The notes: generated by a model not told the origin, from the letters alone. 64,000 nucleotides of DNA from Amoebophrya sp. A120 (GCA_905178155.1 CAJINV010000004.1:8956411-9020410); one strand, 5' to 3'. Positions 11,425-25,183 are shown, counted from the stretch's first letter. Program-made: numbers and translations.

Positions 11425-14400
11425 ATGTACGCAATGCTGGAGCATCAACTTCAATATCAGTTTGAATCTGGCAACGGAAATTTGTGTACTTCTGCTACTA
11501 CTTCGCCTGCTAGACGATATTTCCTTGTTTTTCACCCTCCATACCCGCAACGAGACGACGACCAAAGTTGGAAAAAATTGGCGACCAGCCGCACGCAACG
11601 AGACGGGCTACAACCGGGGGAGGCGGCCAGGGCGGTGTTTATCAATTTGGGAAACTTTTACAATGAGATATCAATTGCAAATATGTCTGGGTCTGGAAGA
11701 GTGCAGACATTTGTGAAGATGCAGTTTTTGCCTAGCCCAGATCGTCGGGCATGCGAGCCCTAGCATCACAAATTCCGAGCAGGTATCCCAATGCCTAATT
11801 CGCATGACAAATGCCCCCTTTCTGTAACAGGAAGTGGGGCCTTTTGCTGACCATGCATGACAGATTTTGCCATCTTCTAGAATTCGCATCGCAAATTCGA
11901 ATCCATCCAGACCCAGACATATTTGCAATGCATATGAGAAATACGGTCACGATGAAATGATGTTCGAGCAGGACCGCCTGGATATGCTGTGCAAAAGTAT
12001 CGTATTCGTATAAATGCAAGTCTTGCATTACAGATCTCTCTTTTAAGGTAAATCAGCATTGCAAATTTTTTTTCTCATGCTGGGAAAATTTGTAATGCAT
12101 TTATACGAGTACGAGTGCGATACTTTTGCGGTTCATACTGGACGTGCAGCAGCAGCTCTCCAAGCTCCCGGGCGTGATCTTTGCCGACGTCAAAGGCTAC
12201 CGGCGCCGGCCGCCGAAAGAGAACCAGTGCTACTTCGTGGCGGTCCTGGACAGCGAGCCGGCAAGGAAGCGGGCTTTGGGTTTGGGCACGCTGGCTTTGC
12301 GGTCGCAACGGGGAAGGGGAATACAGATCATCCGCTACCTGGTGAAGCCTCATTGGGAAGTCGAAGGCTGCGACCCCCCGCCGAGGAGGGCGAGAAACAC
12401 GGGCAGGTCAGTCGAACGTATATCCTGAGTAAAAATGTGCCCACACCAGAGTTGTTATGCAAATCTGCATGCCAAAAAAGTTTCTCGTGCTGATCCCCAT
12501 GAAAGGCGTTTTCTACTCGTGTTTTGGGGTTTGTGATGCTATAATCAGCATGATATGCTAGATCTGTGATGCTGCTGAACTAGAACTAAACAGGATTACA
12601 TTACAAGGACAAACCTGTCATGCGAAACAGCCAAAGCTGGTTGATTTGTCTAGCAGATTTACCACCTTGACTCTGGTGTGGGGACGTTTTTACTCAGGAT
12701 AACGTAATGATGAACATCATCGAGAAAGGAACAATATCAAAAGTAAAAATGTCTGGGTCTGGAAACTTGTGATGCTGGGTGGCGTCTCATGATGAGGCTA
12801 CAAATGCTGGCTCAGCATGACAAGTTTCTGAGCTCCTAGGTGTTGCCTATTCTGCATGACAAACTGCGCTTCTGCATCACAGAAAAACGGAGCTCTTGGG
12901 TAACGTGCATGACAGATTTAAGAGTCATGCCAGACAAGCATGACAAACATGAATTCTTCCAGACCCAGACATTTTTACAGTTGATAAACAACTACTCCGG
13001 TCGTCGTGGCCGCCGCCGCTCTGGGTCGACAAGTCGCCACCGAAAGCAGGACCGCGCGCCAAGTCGCAGTCCAAGAAGAAGCACCAACCGAACAAACGCA
13101 AACCGCATGAAGAGTCGTCGAAGGGCAAGCAAAAGCAGATTTCGACGTGACGACGGTCAAAGAGAAAGTAGAGACGACGTGCTGTCCTCTCGTCGAGATC
13201 AGGGTGCTGGACGCAAGAGCGTGACGCGGAGTCGCCGACACGCGGATCGAGATGAGCGAGAAGGAGGTCGAAATAGCGCCAGAACGTCTACCCCTGCTCG
13301 TAACACCTCCTCCGCTGCACGACCGTCATCGACCGCTATATGACGATCTCAAATGTTACATTCTCAGCTGTTACATGATTTGTCATGCAAAATGAGCACC
13401 AACGTCCACACAGTGAAGCTGCCTCGCATGACAAATGTTGGAAGGGCTAATCAGCAGGGGAATCTGTGCCGAATTTGTAATGCAAGAGTTGCAAGATCCG
13501 GCCTTTTCCTGTTGCCATTCTTGCATCGCAAAGTCATGTAACAGTTGAGAATGTAACAATTGAGAACGCCATACGCCAACAATCTGGTCCGTCGAGACGA
13601 TCGGCGGGAAGATAGAAGCGGACGGTCTAGAGGTAAGTAAATCCATTCTTTTACAGTCCTCTTGTTGATCTTGATGTACTTTTTACTTTGCTGCTTCACA
13701 AGCGCGTCTTACAGGCTTGATAGATTTCTGGTCTGCATAGTAGGTACTTGTGACTGGTTGCCCGCGAGGACACCAGCTCCGGTGGGGATGATTATCTCTA
13801 GAAGAATTTGAATGCAACTCCCTCCTACCTTTTTTCAAAAATCTCTTCACCCAACAGCACGCTCCCGAACCCGGTCCGCAGACAGGAAACAAAATGAACC
13901 TCCTTGGCGCTGCCCGCGCTGCAACCAGAAGAACGATGGGCGGCAGGCCTTCTGCTACGCGGATTGCGGTTTTGAGTACAAAAAACCAGAAGTAGATGAA
14001 TCAAACCGCAAAAATTATACAAGAACTCCGAGGAATGGCGGACTTGCAAAAGGATGGGGTCACGTGATTGACACCTCGTCCCACATAGAAGTGCAACAAC
14101 AGCCCCCGCTGCAGTCCTCTACCGGCGACATTCGGGATTTGAGTCCGTCGGAAAAACCTCGGGCCGTTTTTTTGGAGTTTTTCCTTCCCCCGCGAGCCGT
14201 ATGAGAGTGCACAACTCCCCCTCCCCGTCATTTGTATAGCATGAACAGCAATACAAACACCAGCACACGTTGAGCCTACGCATGACAAACTTGCTTGCCT
14301 AGCTTAGTACTCCTGTTTGGGCTTCCGGAATTGGTCATGCAAGCAGTGCCATAGGGTAGCGACTGGAATTGGGATTTTGCATGACAAATGAGGGGGAGGG

Positions 14401-15825
14401 GGGGGGTTGTGCACTGTCATAAGCCGAGGATCACCAAGGACTGAAGGACTACCTGTTCCGGTTTGCCAAGACGGAAGATTTTCAATTGGAAAATTACGCG
14501 GCGGTGAAAGTATGAGAGTGCACATCTCCCCCTCCCCCTCATTTGTGATGCAAAATACCAAATCCACCCTTTGCCTGTTGGCACTTTTCGCATGACAAGT
14601 TGTGAAAGCTCAAACAGGACTACAATCCTCGGTAAATGTGTCATGCAAATCCTGCATTCTATCTTGGTCTTGCCGACACTTGTATTGCTGTTTGTGCAAG
14701 GCAAATCAGGGGGAGGGGAATCGTGCACTCTCATACAAAGATGGCCGGATGCAGAACGCGGTGGCCGTATTCGATCACGAGGAGGCAGTGACTCGTCTCG
14801 CAGGGAAGAAGCAGCTTACCTGTAAAAGCAGTGTCTCCAGGGAAGAGTTCCGGGTCGCGGTCTACCCGTTTCGGCAAAGTAGCGTAAGCAGGGGCGGTAT
14901 CGCGGTGAAGGGATGGAGAATCGATTTTGCGCAACAGCAGGCGATTGAAGAAGAACGAGCAAGAGGAATTTCTATGGAGATGCGAGACGGGGTCGTTGTC
15001 GAGCGGGAGGTAGATTACGAGCTGCTACAGCTACATGGAGTAGACGTGGCAGTATCGACATCAGTGCGACATGATAAGCGGCAAGAAGAGCGGTTTTTTT
15101 CATCGTCATCTCATGCGGACGTCGCGGGAGCGGCGGAAGGGCTTGCTGCTGGAGACGAGTCTAGCGAGCGGGATATGGAGCAAGCCTCTTCGAACAACAG
15201 CCGAAACGTGCAACAACACCTCCTACATGAACGCTACTGCAAGAACACCAGCTTTAAGCAGGCGCATGCTCCAGATCTTCCAAACCCCAAGGCGGACCTG
15301 CTCCACGCGACTGCGAGTAACAAGAAGGCCTCGTCTTTGGAAGAAAGAAAAAAGAGCATCGCCGCCAAGATTGCGGAGAAACGCAACCAAGCTCTACAGA
15401 GGACCAACAAGGTACTAGCGGCGGCTGCGGTGGAAACAAAGACGAAAAAAGAAGAGGAAACAACTTTTATGAGCAAGGGGGTGATGTTGCCAAGTTCTGG
15501 AGCAGGTTGCGCGACATTTTCAACATCCACCCGGAATGGACGGCTGCTTGTGGAAGAAGACAACTACACGATGAAAAGAGAGGACGATAAAAGCGCGATG
15601 AAACAAGGGCGACTGCATGCACGCGAACAAGATCATGGTGATCACCGCCACCAGAAGGATGTTCTTTCCCAGCGAAGAGGCAGAAGCAATAGTAGTGAGG
15701 AAAAGTCACAGGAAAATCTACCGCGCGTAACTACAGCCCGGCAGTACCGTCGCGACGAGGAAAGCGGTTTACAAGGCGGCGCGCTTTCGAAGCGGCGGAG
15801 GGTGGGGAAGAGCAGGATGAGATAG
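11425..15825 (+). CDS. Tandem-family protein: RRM-like, RS-rich, RanBP2 zinc finger, second RRM-like
   Basis: 7 introners plus GT-AG intron 13633-13857 give one frame; WRCPRCNQKNDGRQAFCYADC at 13905; RAVFLEF...EDHQGLKDYL...NAVAVFDHEEAV; start codon uncertain. Confidence 0.7.
11669..11934. mobile_element. Introner family A
   Basis: TIR ...ATGTCTGGGTCTGGA; TSD TGAGA. Confidence 0.95.
11983..12137. mobile_element. Introner family B
   Basis: TIR GCAAAAGTATCG; TSD CTGGA. Confidence 0.93.
12421..12701. mobile_element. Introner family C
   Basis: Family C TIR; TSD ACGTA. Confidence 0.95.
12735..12986. mobile_element. Introner family A
   Basis: Family A TIR; TSD AACAA; near-identical to 55171-55422. 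Confidence 0.95.
13339..13573. mobile_element. Introner family D
   Basis: Family D TIR; TSD CGCTA/CGCCA. Confidence 0.92.
14200..14421. mobile_element. Introner family E
   Basis: TIR TATGA.AGTGCACAAC.CCCC; TSD AGCCG. Confidence 0.93.
14511..14735. mobile_element. Introner family E (opposite orientation to 14200)
   Basis: Family E TIR; TSD GAAAG/CAAAG. Confidence 0.93.
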
Positions 15826-16037
15826 AGAAGATCGAGGAGTTTTTTTAAACTGAAAAAGCCGAATGTCGTTAGTTTCTACAGCTGTCTGCGACGCCAGCGA
15901 CAGAATAAAAGAACAAGTCAAGTTCGACAAAGTATAGTTGCAAAATAATAATAAACGCACTTTCAGGCTGAAAGCAGATTTCTGCAGTGGCATGATTCAT
16001 TTCGCAAAGGAGTCTTTTATTTAAGTACCAGTCTATA

Positions 16038-17217
16038 GTTGAGTTTTTCTTTTGGTCTTGACGACCACAACGACCACAACTCCGACTAAAGAAGCTATCG
16101 GGTAGCGCCTAGCGCTACAGCCTCAAACCATGCTGGCGCCAATGGCGAAAAAAAGAAACGGCAGCGCCCCTGGCCTTTTTCCCTCGACCAGCGGGAGCGA
16201 AAGCAGTGTAGGTAGAGAGAAGGCCGCGAGGCGCAAGGGGCGGTAGGGGGCGCACAGCGCACCCCCTGCCCGAGCCGCCACAAACAGGTCCGGCGGAGAG
16301 CGTGCCAGGACCCTTTTCGACGGCCCGGGAGGCTAGTCACAGGTGGAAAAAGAACGAAAAGAGCGCGCCGATGGCCGAACGGCTAGAAATACGGCCGGCG
16401 CCAAGCAAAGACAAAACAGGGCAGGCAAGGAGGCAGCGGGAAGGCAGAGAGGGCGCTGCGGGTGGTTCTCGCAAGAAACCAGACAACCCCCAAAAAAAGT
16501 AAGCAGGCCAAAGCCCGCGCCCGGGGAAGAGGGAAAAAACCCCGGAAACGAAAGGGGATGGAAGCGCCCGAACAGGCCGATGGGGCGAAATCAGGCAGGC
16601 CCGGCGAGGCCGAAGAGCCCCCGCGGCCGGCAGAGGGCACGCGACGAAGCCCGACCTGGAGAGCCACAGGCGGCAGGGAAAGGCGCAAACTGCCGCCAAC
16701 CTCCTCGAAACAGGGGGCGAATGGCAAGGGGCGCCAGAATGCAGCACGACTTCGGCCCGGGGCAGCCAATCGGCAGCCGCCAAGCAGGCGCCGAACGAAG
16801 AACGTTCGGCAAGGGGAGACCGCAGCCCCAGGCCCCCCTGCCCGAGGCTCCTCGAAAGGCGGCCCGGGCGAGCTTTTACTGGTCTATGTGTTGTGTTTCC
16901 CTCGGGGTTTCTCGCTCCGGCTGCGTTAACGGGTTTTCTCACTAGTGTTTCCGCTTTCCCAAAGTCGGCTTTTTTGTCACTAGTGGCTCCACTAGTGAGT
17001 GCCTTCACTAGTGGCGCCTGTCACTAGTACCTCTCGCGCTTTTTTGTCACGCTAAAAACACTAGCAGGATTTCTACTAGTAGCTGTTTTTCTACTAGCAG
17101 CTTTCCACTAGTAGGATTCCTACTAGTAGCTTGCAACCCCGCGTCCGCCAGAATTTTTCCAATAGTATTATAGATAATTGTTGAGTTTTTCTTTTGGTCT
17201 TGACGACCACAACTCCG
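16038..17217. repeat. Direct repeat of about 38 bp flanking a 1.1-kb GC-rich insert
   Basis: GTTGAGTTTTTCTTTTGGTCTTGACGACCACAACTCCG at 16038-16084 (with an internal CGACCACAA duplication) and 17180-17217. Confidence 0.8.
16940..17130. repeat. Cluster of about 10 ACTAG(T) palindromic motifs
   Basis: CACTAGTG / CTACTAGTAG / ACTAGCAG repeated within 190 bp. Confidence 0.75.
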
Positions 17218-18048
17218 GCATATTTTTCGAACACGGAGACGGAATCGAATGAATCTTCAACGAAAAAAACTGTAATGCGAACACGACTTTTTGAAAATTT
17301 AAATTGCGGCCATCTACTTCCACCGACTGGGCTCTTCTTCTGCGGCAGCCTGCTTCGTCCGCCGTGGCTCTTGCAGAAGGACTCTCGTGGAGCAGTTGCA
17401 GTTTTCACTGTTTGTCGAATCTGTGGCGAAAAAAAGAGTTGGAGAACAGCCGTAGGGGTTCCTTCCAGATTCATCCAAGATGTGAACGAGGTTGCAGACG
17501 AAAAGGGGAAAAGCGCAACAAAGTTCTTGGGGCTGCGGCTTCAAGATGGATCTTAAACTTGATAAACGAGATCTCCGTGAAACAGTTGTATTCATCACAA
17601 TCTACTATCATAGCTCCTGGGGGAAGTTAGGGCGACGTTAAGGTGAGGGATGGAAGTTTTAGTTCCAGATAGAAACTGATGATGAGGAGAAGGGCAAGCT
17701 CCAGGACCTTGCTCAGCAAAGGCGCACAGAGGGCCGCCAGCTAGGGTAACTGACGGCATGAAAGCAGCCTGTTTTTTTTTGTGAGTCGAGTATCCATTTA
17801 TACTTTCTGACCAAATAAAGTGCTGACTTTCAGTCGGAGCGCACCAGGCCAAAGCGATTGTGCGAGCGGAGGCGTGGCACGAGTTTTGTTTTACGCAAAA
17901 AAAAATAGAACCAATTAACTCAAAAAAATACACTTTTGCTCTCGTTTTTTGTCGGCTACGCGACCTTATCTGAGACTGAGTTGCAGCACGACCAAGACGA
18001 TATTCTAATACTACATTGACAACTGTTTCGCCACTAGAACGTGATCAC

Positions 18049-21000
18049 ATGACGTCCTCTTCGAGCAGCTCGATACACGCTGCAGCAGCAGCTTCAGGAG
18101 ATGGAGAGCAACCTCCACTCATGGTCATGCTCGGCCCTTGGCGGTACATCCTGGACCTGAATGCCTCCGACGATGCCCCAGACCGACACAGACGAGTGCC
18201 AGTGCACTCCAATACATCCTCGAACACGTCGCCAGATATTTTCAACTCGCAACAGAAACAAGCCACGTCATCTTTCTCCGACCTCCAAATGCTCATTGGC
18301 GCGAAGATTTCGGACCAGCAGAAGAACCTGACCTCCTTACAAACTACCTTGCAGGGAATTCAGGGTTTGAATGCCGCTATGAACTGCAAAAGTATCGTAC
18401 TCGTATAAATGCATTACAAATTTTCTCAGCATGAGAAATAAAATTTGTGATGCTGATTTACCTCAAGAGAAAGATTTGGAATGCAAGACTTGCATTTATA
18501 CGAATACGCTACTTCTTTTGCACAGGATAGCCGCGGCGCAGATTAACGAGCAGGCGGTGGTGGACTCGTTGAACAGCCTGAAAACGATATCACAGTGAAA
18601 ATTGCACCCACCCCCAAAGTCGCAAAAACTTGTTATGCGAAGTTTCCAAATGAAAATTTTTTGTCATGCATGAACGAAGTATGAATCTTTCTGATGCAGA
18701 GTCTAGGCGTGTATCGCATCACTTGTATGACAAGCGCCGCTCTTGCTGGCGTCTTTTGCAATACAAATTTTTGCTATTCACGATTGGAAAAAATCTGTGA
18801 TACTGATAGATGCAAGAGTGCGAGTGTTTCGTTTGGATTTGGAATGAAAGGTTTGCAACACAAATGCTCCCAAGTTCGGGGATCTTGGGTGCATTTTTCA
18901 CCTTGATAAACGAAGATTTTGGAAACGGGCAAGACCGCGGACGATTTGCTGCAGTTTTTGCAGTTCGTCCTGAGCTCCGAAGCAGAGGAAGAACAAAATG
19001 GCCACGTCGACGACACAAGAACCAGGGCCGTTCGCGAGGCGGGGAAGTGGCTGCGCGATTTTGCGGACCCTGCAATGGGGGATTTGGTGGAGTGGTTCAA
19101 CACAAAACTAGAGCCACAACTGGACAACTACGTCTTTGGATACTCTTACGACTCGCAAATTATGTGTCCGGGTCTGGGCTGGTGAGGAAATTTGTGATGC
19201 TTGTATTGCAGTTTTGGGCAGTTCATCTGGAAAATTTTCACGTGTTGTCGTATGGCACCAAGAGCAAGATGAAGTACATATGCGCAGCTTCCTTTGTCGT
19301 GCGCTCTGAAATTCTGCTTCGAAAATATGTCACGCGTCGTGATTCATTTCAATTTCATCTGCACGTAGAAAAGATAAAGAAGCTTAGCGCCACCTCCATG
19401 AAATAAATCATGCTTATCGCAAGAAATCCGCTTGATATGCTGACAAAGATTTGCGATGCATAAGTCGCAGTGGCGTTCTCTCGGTATGGCGGAATGTACG
19501 AGAAGGAAAAGGCGGGGCCGTGACCACGAGGACCTCCGTATTGTCTTCTTCTCGTTTTGCACATCTACTATTCCTGTCAATTACCAGTAACTCTTAGTTG
19601 TTTTCGATGATACACTGAGCAGTTGACGTTAACGAAAAAAAGGAGCGTGCCTCCTGTGTGGTGCTATGCGTTTTTCATTGAATTGTATGCGTAACTGACC
19701 TCCTGCTTCATATGATACACCAGCCGGCGACTGGACCTGCCTCGTTTGCACGAGTGGCACCACAAACTTTGCAACCCGTATCAGTTGCTGCAAGTGTGGC
19801 TCCCAGAGAACACCGATGCGGGTACCCGGAACACAGCAGCTCCACGACCCGCTGCAGAGGGAGACGGCGGACCACAGCAGAACTTGGCTCGTCCGTGACT
19901 TGTCGGAAGACGAGCAAGCGCGGGCGGTTCTCTTCCAGTTTAGGACCCAGACGGGCGAGTACAGCCGCTGCGACATGAAACTGTTGGTGCGCAACGCGTT
20001 GCGGGCACTGCCGGAGGCGTATCTGCAATGCGTGCACGACTACGCGGTTACTACGTTCGGCGGTTATCCCATGGAAAAGCAGGCACCTGTTCCCGATAGT
20101 ACTCTACAAGGAAATATAAAGGAAAATCAGGAAAAATCTCTGCGAGTCCTCGCGCATGACAAATTTGATGCCGTGTCAGGGTTGTGCGTAGATTCTAGCT
20201 TGCGTGGCCGCATTACTAAAGCCGCCTTTTTTTCCTGAAGATTCGAGCACCACAAAGGGTCCCGGTGCAAAAGAGCGTTTTAAGTAAACGTGGGGCCACG
20301 CATGAGACACATTCTGGGCATGCGGATTTGCATGACAAATGTTGGATGGGCACGTTTCTTCACAGAATACCTGCACGGTGCTGTTTGCGTCCACCGCGGC
20401 GGCGTCGGGGGTCATTGCTCTCCAGGAGATGATCTTCAGTATCCTGTGTAAAAACCGATAGCCATTAATATACGCTGAAGTCAAGATGCAATGTCTGCTA
20501 GAGCACAAACAAAGCAGAAGCTTTGCGATTTCCGCATGACAAGCCTCGAGAAGCACTGTACTTACTTAGTATGAAAGCCAGGAACCCAAAGCCAGTTTTT
20601 ATCAGATCCTGACCAGCGCATGACTAACAACTGCTCCCAGTCCCAGACGTAAGAATAAGGGGCATTCACCATAGTTCCATGAAAAGCCGCAGAAGAGATT
20701 TTGACTTGTTTGGCATACAAATATCCACGTGAGGCCTTCGGGTGTTGGATATCGGTTTATTTTACACTGGATGTTCGGCTGTGCTACTCTTCGGGCCAAC
20801 AACTCCGGTTACTGGCAGCAAGAGATAACAAAAGCGGTGTTTTCAGCGATTGGGGGCCCGACTAGCAGTGTAGAGCAGGAGAAGAACAGCGACGCTCTGG
20901 TAGCGACTCTCTCGCAAGGAGCTGCGAGTCACGTAGCGGCCCCAGCAGTGCGGCCGCGTCTCCTTTCGCATGACTCTTCTGCGACTTCAGTGCTGCCATC

Positions 21001-21898
21001 TTCTTCTTCAACAACCACCGCAGCAGCTGCGACACAAAAACTACAGAAGCCGGCTGTAATATCGCGGGGCGCCACTACTACAGATGACGAGCAGAAAAAT
21101 TGTTCTGCCAGCAACGCCAACGCCAAACCCGAAAGCGAACAAACTGTCCCGCAGCACGCCAAAACCACAGATCCCACGGGTGGCTGGAGGTGCCCAACTT
21201 GCAACGCGCTCAACTTGCCCTTCGCCAGTCGATGTACTCGAGGCTGCAAGTCGAAAGCGCTCGTCCAGCTGGCGCCGGCACTGGCTGCCAAAAAGGCGGC
21301 AGCACGTGTTGTTGCGGAGACAACTTCTACTACTTTGTGCGGGGGAACAAGCACGAACTACCTGGGTGCCGGAGCAGCAGGCGGTCTCGATCACAAGCCC
21401 CAGGTTGGTCGTGCAGAAAGCGCTGACGATGCTGGATTTTCTGCACACCAGGAAGAAGAAATTTCTGCTGCAGATGAAAACAACGACCAAACCGAAACAC
21501 CAAAAACTGTCCAGGCGGATAATGGTACTGATGCAAGGGTCGCAGATATCAAGAAGCGGTTGGCGACAAAAGTGCGGGTAGAAGGGTGCGCGTCCGCTGC
21601 AAGCGAAGGTTCGAAACAGCGCAGCGGGAGAAACGGTTGGATGCCGCCGGAATCGGAGGACGAGGGCGACTTGGTCGACGACACAGCGCAGGGCTGCAGT
21701 GGCATTGAAGAAATGTCTTCTCGCCGCCGGGGGGACCAGCTCGACTGCGATGAGAGTCTGCAAGGAGGTGCGAAGCGGCAAAAGACCGGACCGGCGCGGG
21801 TTTCGCAAGAGCAGGAGCATCTTCGCGGGGGCAGCAGACAGGACAAACTGGTCGCGCTGGCGCTGCTCGCGAAGGGTGCGCGGGGGATGAAGAGGTGA
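18049..21898 (+). CDS. Tandem-family protein with two RanBP2 zinc fingers and an RRM-like domain
   Basis: 5 introners plus intron 19538-19723; GDWTCLVCTSGTTNFATRISCCKCGSQR (19726-19809); WRCPTCNALNLPFASRCTRGC (21185). Confidence 0.7.
18378..18529. mobile_element. Introner family B
   Basis: Family B TIR; TSD GCCGC. Confidence 0.93.
18588..18908. mobile_element. Introner family J
   Basis: TATCACAGTGAAAATTGCACCCA / TGGGTGCATTTTTCACCTTGATA; TSD AACGA. Confidence 0.9.
19147..19462. mobile_element. Degenerate introner (A-like)
   Basis: TACGACTCGCAAAT..GTCCGGGTCTGG / ATTTGCGATGCATA; TSD ACTCT/AGTCG; frame restored. Confidence 0.65.
20065..20369. mobile_element. Degenerate introner
   Basis: TATC...ATA ends with internal GCATGACAAA motifs; TSD lost, but removal + 5 nt gives FGG|TVLFAS. 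Confidence 0.6.
20440..20773. mobile_element. Introner family N (ATG end)
   Basis: TATCCTGTGTAAAAACCGATA / TATCGGTTTATTTTACACTGGATG; TSD TTCAG/TTCGG. Confidence 0.85.
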
Positions 21899-22664
21899 GG
21901 ACGTGGCGAGGACCACGGAAAGAGGTATTACAACACTTGTGGTCATCTTACCTGCATGTGTAGCCTAGGAAAAACAACGAACCAATAATGGCGAAGAGCT
22001 GCAAAAGGCGACGTCCGTGTTGAATGCAAGCTAGACCAGACTGAAAAAGAAAATGAAAGACGAAGATGGCTGTCAGTCGCATCCGTGATTGATCCGTATC
22101 TACCAATCCCAAGCGGCCGCTCGCTAGGAAGTGCGCATCTGTTCGTCTTCAAAACGCATTTTTCTATAAATGAAGCCAGTCGACTCTCGTTTTCGAACTC
22201 GGGCTCATTTTCTGGTCGTGCAACTTGTTTGGTGATCTGATGACAAAAAAAGAGCTGCTCCGCGGTCAGTTTTGAAGTAGTGTTTTGGCGAATGGGTCTT
22301 CCGGCGCACAAAATTTACAGAGGAGCCCATGAAAGGTTCGCTGCCTCGCTTGATCACAGTAGCCTCTGTGTGGCCGCCTATTTTCTTGATTGATTTCATT
22401 ACCGGTGGAGCCTTGACCAAAAGCTCCTCTCTTCTGCGAAGTTCCGCCGCGTCACAATATTAGCAGCAAGATCACAGTTTCTTTATTTGACAACGACAAG
22501 TAGTAGAACTCGAAGAGAAGCACTACTGCTAAAAACGGATGTTTGGTTTTAATTTATGTACGCCTTTTACATTCCACTTTGCGGTTACGATGAAGTATAT
22601 GCTTGTTCTTTCAGGATCGAAAAAATTTGTGCAAAAGGCTTGAAGAAAAGAGAACAACAAAAAG

Positions 22665-25183
22665 ATGACGGGAGCTGTTGCAACCGCGTCAGCAGATTAC
22701 CCTGTCACTGTCTGGCTGCCGGACTGGGACGATAGAAATGTTATCCTGTACACATTGACGGCAGACGGGGAACGCAAGCGAACCGAGCCGAGCAGCGCGC
22801 CCGCGGATGCGCATAGCTTGGTGCAATTGAAGGACTACCTCGCGAAAAAGTTGTCGGAACTGAAGGGACTCATTGAGAAAGCCGACAGGGAGATCCAGAT
22901 ACAACCCTGTCCAAGCTCGTCCTCGTGTGTGGACGAGAACAGCGACACCGACGCCATGAATGCGAAAATTCAACTTGGCTACGATACACAAAAAACGCTG
23001 CAGAGTTTCGGCATGCACACAAAAGACGTCTACGAGCTGATGGACCATATTGTAGACCACGAATTTTGCGCCCGTTCGGTTGCGACATACGTTCAAACTG
23101 ACGCGAGCAGCGCGATAAAGGGGCTGGAGAAAAAGTGGGAAAAGTCCCTCGAGCCGAGGGTCAAGGACTACATCGAACATTACCACCGAAAAATCGAGCG
23201 CGTGTTGGACAAGGCGGGGTGGCGCAAGGGCTGCGGCAAGGGGCGCGAGCCCTTGCCCGAAACAGTGGAGCACGTGGCGGAAGCAAGGCAGCAGGGGGCG
23301 GCGCCTACCCCCCAGATATTGACGGCAGCGCGTGAGGGGGCAGGAAATGTAGATAGTAATGGCTACGGCATCGAAGTAGAAAAGGGCGCGGCGGTCTGTG
23401 GTGGTGATATGACCTCCTCCTCCACCCAGGCCGGGTCTGGGAGCGTCATGGGCGTGGCAGCGAGCTTCTGTGGGACGAGGGGCTCGGTCGAGTCTTCCTC
23501 CATTGGAGGGCCCGAAAAGTCAGAACCAGAGGCGCACCCCCAGGAGCCGTCGAGCCCCCGCAACAGTGATCGTTTAGGACCAGGCGCCGAGGTTGCCGCG
23601 CGGCGCCCAAAAGAGGGCGCAGGGAGCTCGGTTGGCTTACCGCCAGGTAGAAGAAGCGCTAGGCGCCAACCTTCTAGTCGTCGTGCGACCCGCAGGTCTT
23701 CGCACAGTCGCGCAGCCAAGAGCCGTAGAAGAGACTGCCGGGCGCCAGGATACTCAAAGAACAGGCGACGCCGTCGAAGCGTGTCCTCGTCCTCGGAGCC
23801 CATTCGGCCGCGGGGCCGTCGGCGTGATCGCTCGCAATCGGCGACAGGAAAGAAGAAACGCAGGCCGTCGGTCGATTACGATTCCCGCACACCCCGCAGA
23901 AATAGACCACCCCCGCGGGAAAGTCGTGCTCGGAGGCGGTCGTCAATCCGACGACGACGCAGTCGAAGACGCTCGCGCCGGGACCGAGATTCGCGAGGGA
24001 GAGACCGTACGAAACCATCGCCGGCGGGCAAGGGACGTTGCCGCAGAGAATCGTGGGAAAAGTCTTCGTCTCGAAGAAGCAGCGAGGCGTGTGATGCCTC
24101 GCGGCCCTCAAACTCTGTGTCGCACCGGAGCGTTTCTGCTGGGTCACGCAGCCCGGCGGAGAGCCGAAGGAGTGCATCGAACCAGAATCACGATGATCAT
24201 GGTGAAGATCATGATGATGGTCATGTGATTGTTGATTCTTCTCCCGTGGCGCCAGGTATAATTGTGGCGAAGGAGCCTGCCTCGCCATCCCGACGAAAGA
24301 GTCTAAGTGCGCGCTCGCAGATTGCGAATCGAACACAAGTGGCGGCTGATACAGACGACCTGGTGGACGGCGTCCACATGGTTTCGAGCACGGCCGGCGG
24401 AAGTCCGTCTGCAGACGGTTCGGCAGGGAGCGCTGTGCCCCTGAAAAAACTACAGGGGCCTCCGCCGATTAGAATCCCTGAGAAGCCGGCGAAGACCAAG
24501 AACCCCATATTAGTCATGGAGGACAAATGGCCGTCAGAACAAGATTGCGGGGTAGCAGAAGATGGTATAGATTGTGTTTCTTTGGCTTTGCCAGATCAAG
24601 AGGTCGAGCACAGAAGGGCGACGAGAGATCGTCGCCTAGAAACTCATCGAAGTACCACTTAGTTTCATTTTGCTTCTTACGCCGAATTATCAATTATGTG
24701 CTCGTAAATCAGGCAAATGCACAGAAGATAGCACTTTCCTAGAGTAATACAAAACCACTTTTTTTCGAACCGTCGACAGTGGCAAATTCCGTGGCACAGA
24801 AGGTCGATGGGTTGATGTCCTCGGAGCTCCGGGAATTTGAGCGCGACATGAAAGCATGTGGTGTTTCCATGAGCCCGGGCGAGGAACGGGAGGTGGTGAT
24901 AGCGCGAATGCTGTTGCAGGAGTTCTTCGTAAACTTGGGAAAGGACGAGCAAGCACGTGCAGTGGAGGCGTTCTACCGTCGGGCGCAAGATTTTACGATG
25001 AAGGCGCATCACGTTCTTGCAGCCCTCGGCGCAGGCAACATGGAGGCGAAAGAAAGGAATGGCCTGGCCGTCGAGTCGGGACAGGATGGGATTTGGGCCA
25101 GTAGCTGGAAGCGCCATTTGAAGTCTCGTGATTCGATGAAGCGAATTGCGGACGAGATCCAGAAAATTATTGAGTTGCAGTGA
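22665..25183 (+). CDS. Tandem-family protein: helical N-domain, RS-rich region, SAP-like terminal exon
   Basis: 665-aa ORF; predicted phase-1 intron 24565-24779 joins to ELREFERDMKACGVSMSPGEEREVVIARML. Confidence 0.7.

Noticed and set aside
16337-17008. Overlapping ORFs of 150-220 aa in the GC-rich insert
   Set aside because: Several frames on both strands are open because of high GC, and no domain signal is visible.
17194-17556. ORF with CGH and CRIC motifs suggesting a zinc finger
   Set aside because: No proper start or convincing spacing; insufficient support.
18591-18597. CACAGTG (RAG/Transib-like heptamer) near the ends of family J and I elements, together with a 5-bp TSD
   Set aside because: It is not terminal, not symmetric in J, and absent from other families; likely chance.
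21041-24336. Long minus-strand ORFs (for example 21041-21946 and 23674-24336)
   Set aside because: They are antisense shadows of GC-rich low-complexity + strand exons with no recognisable motifs.
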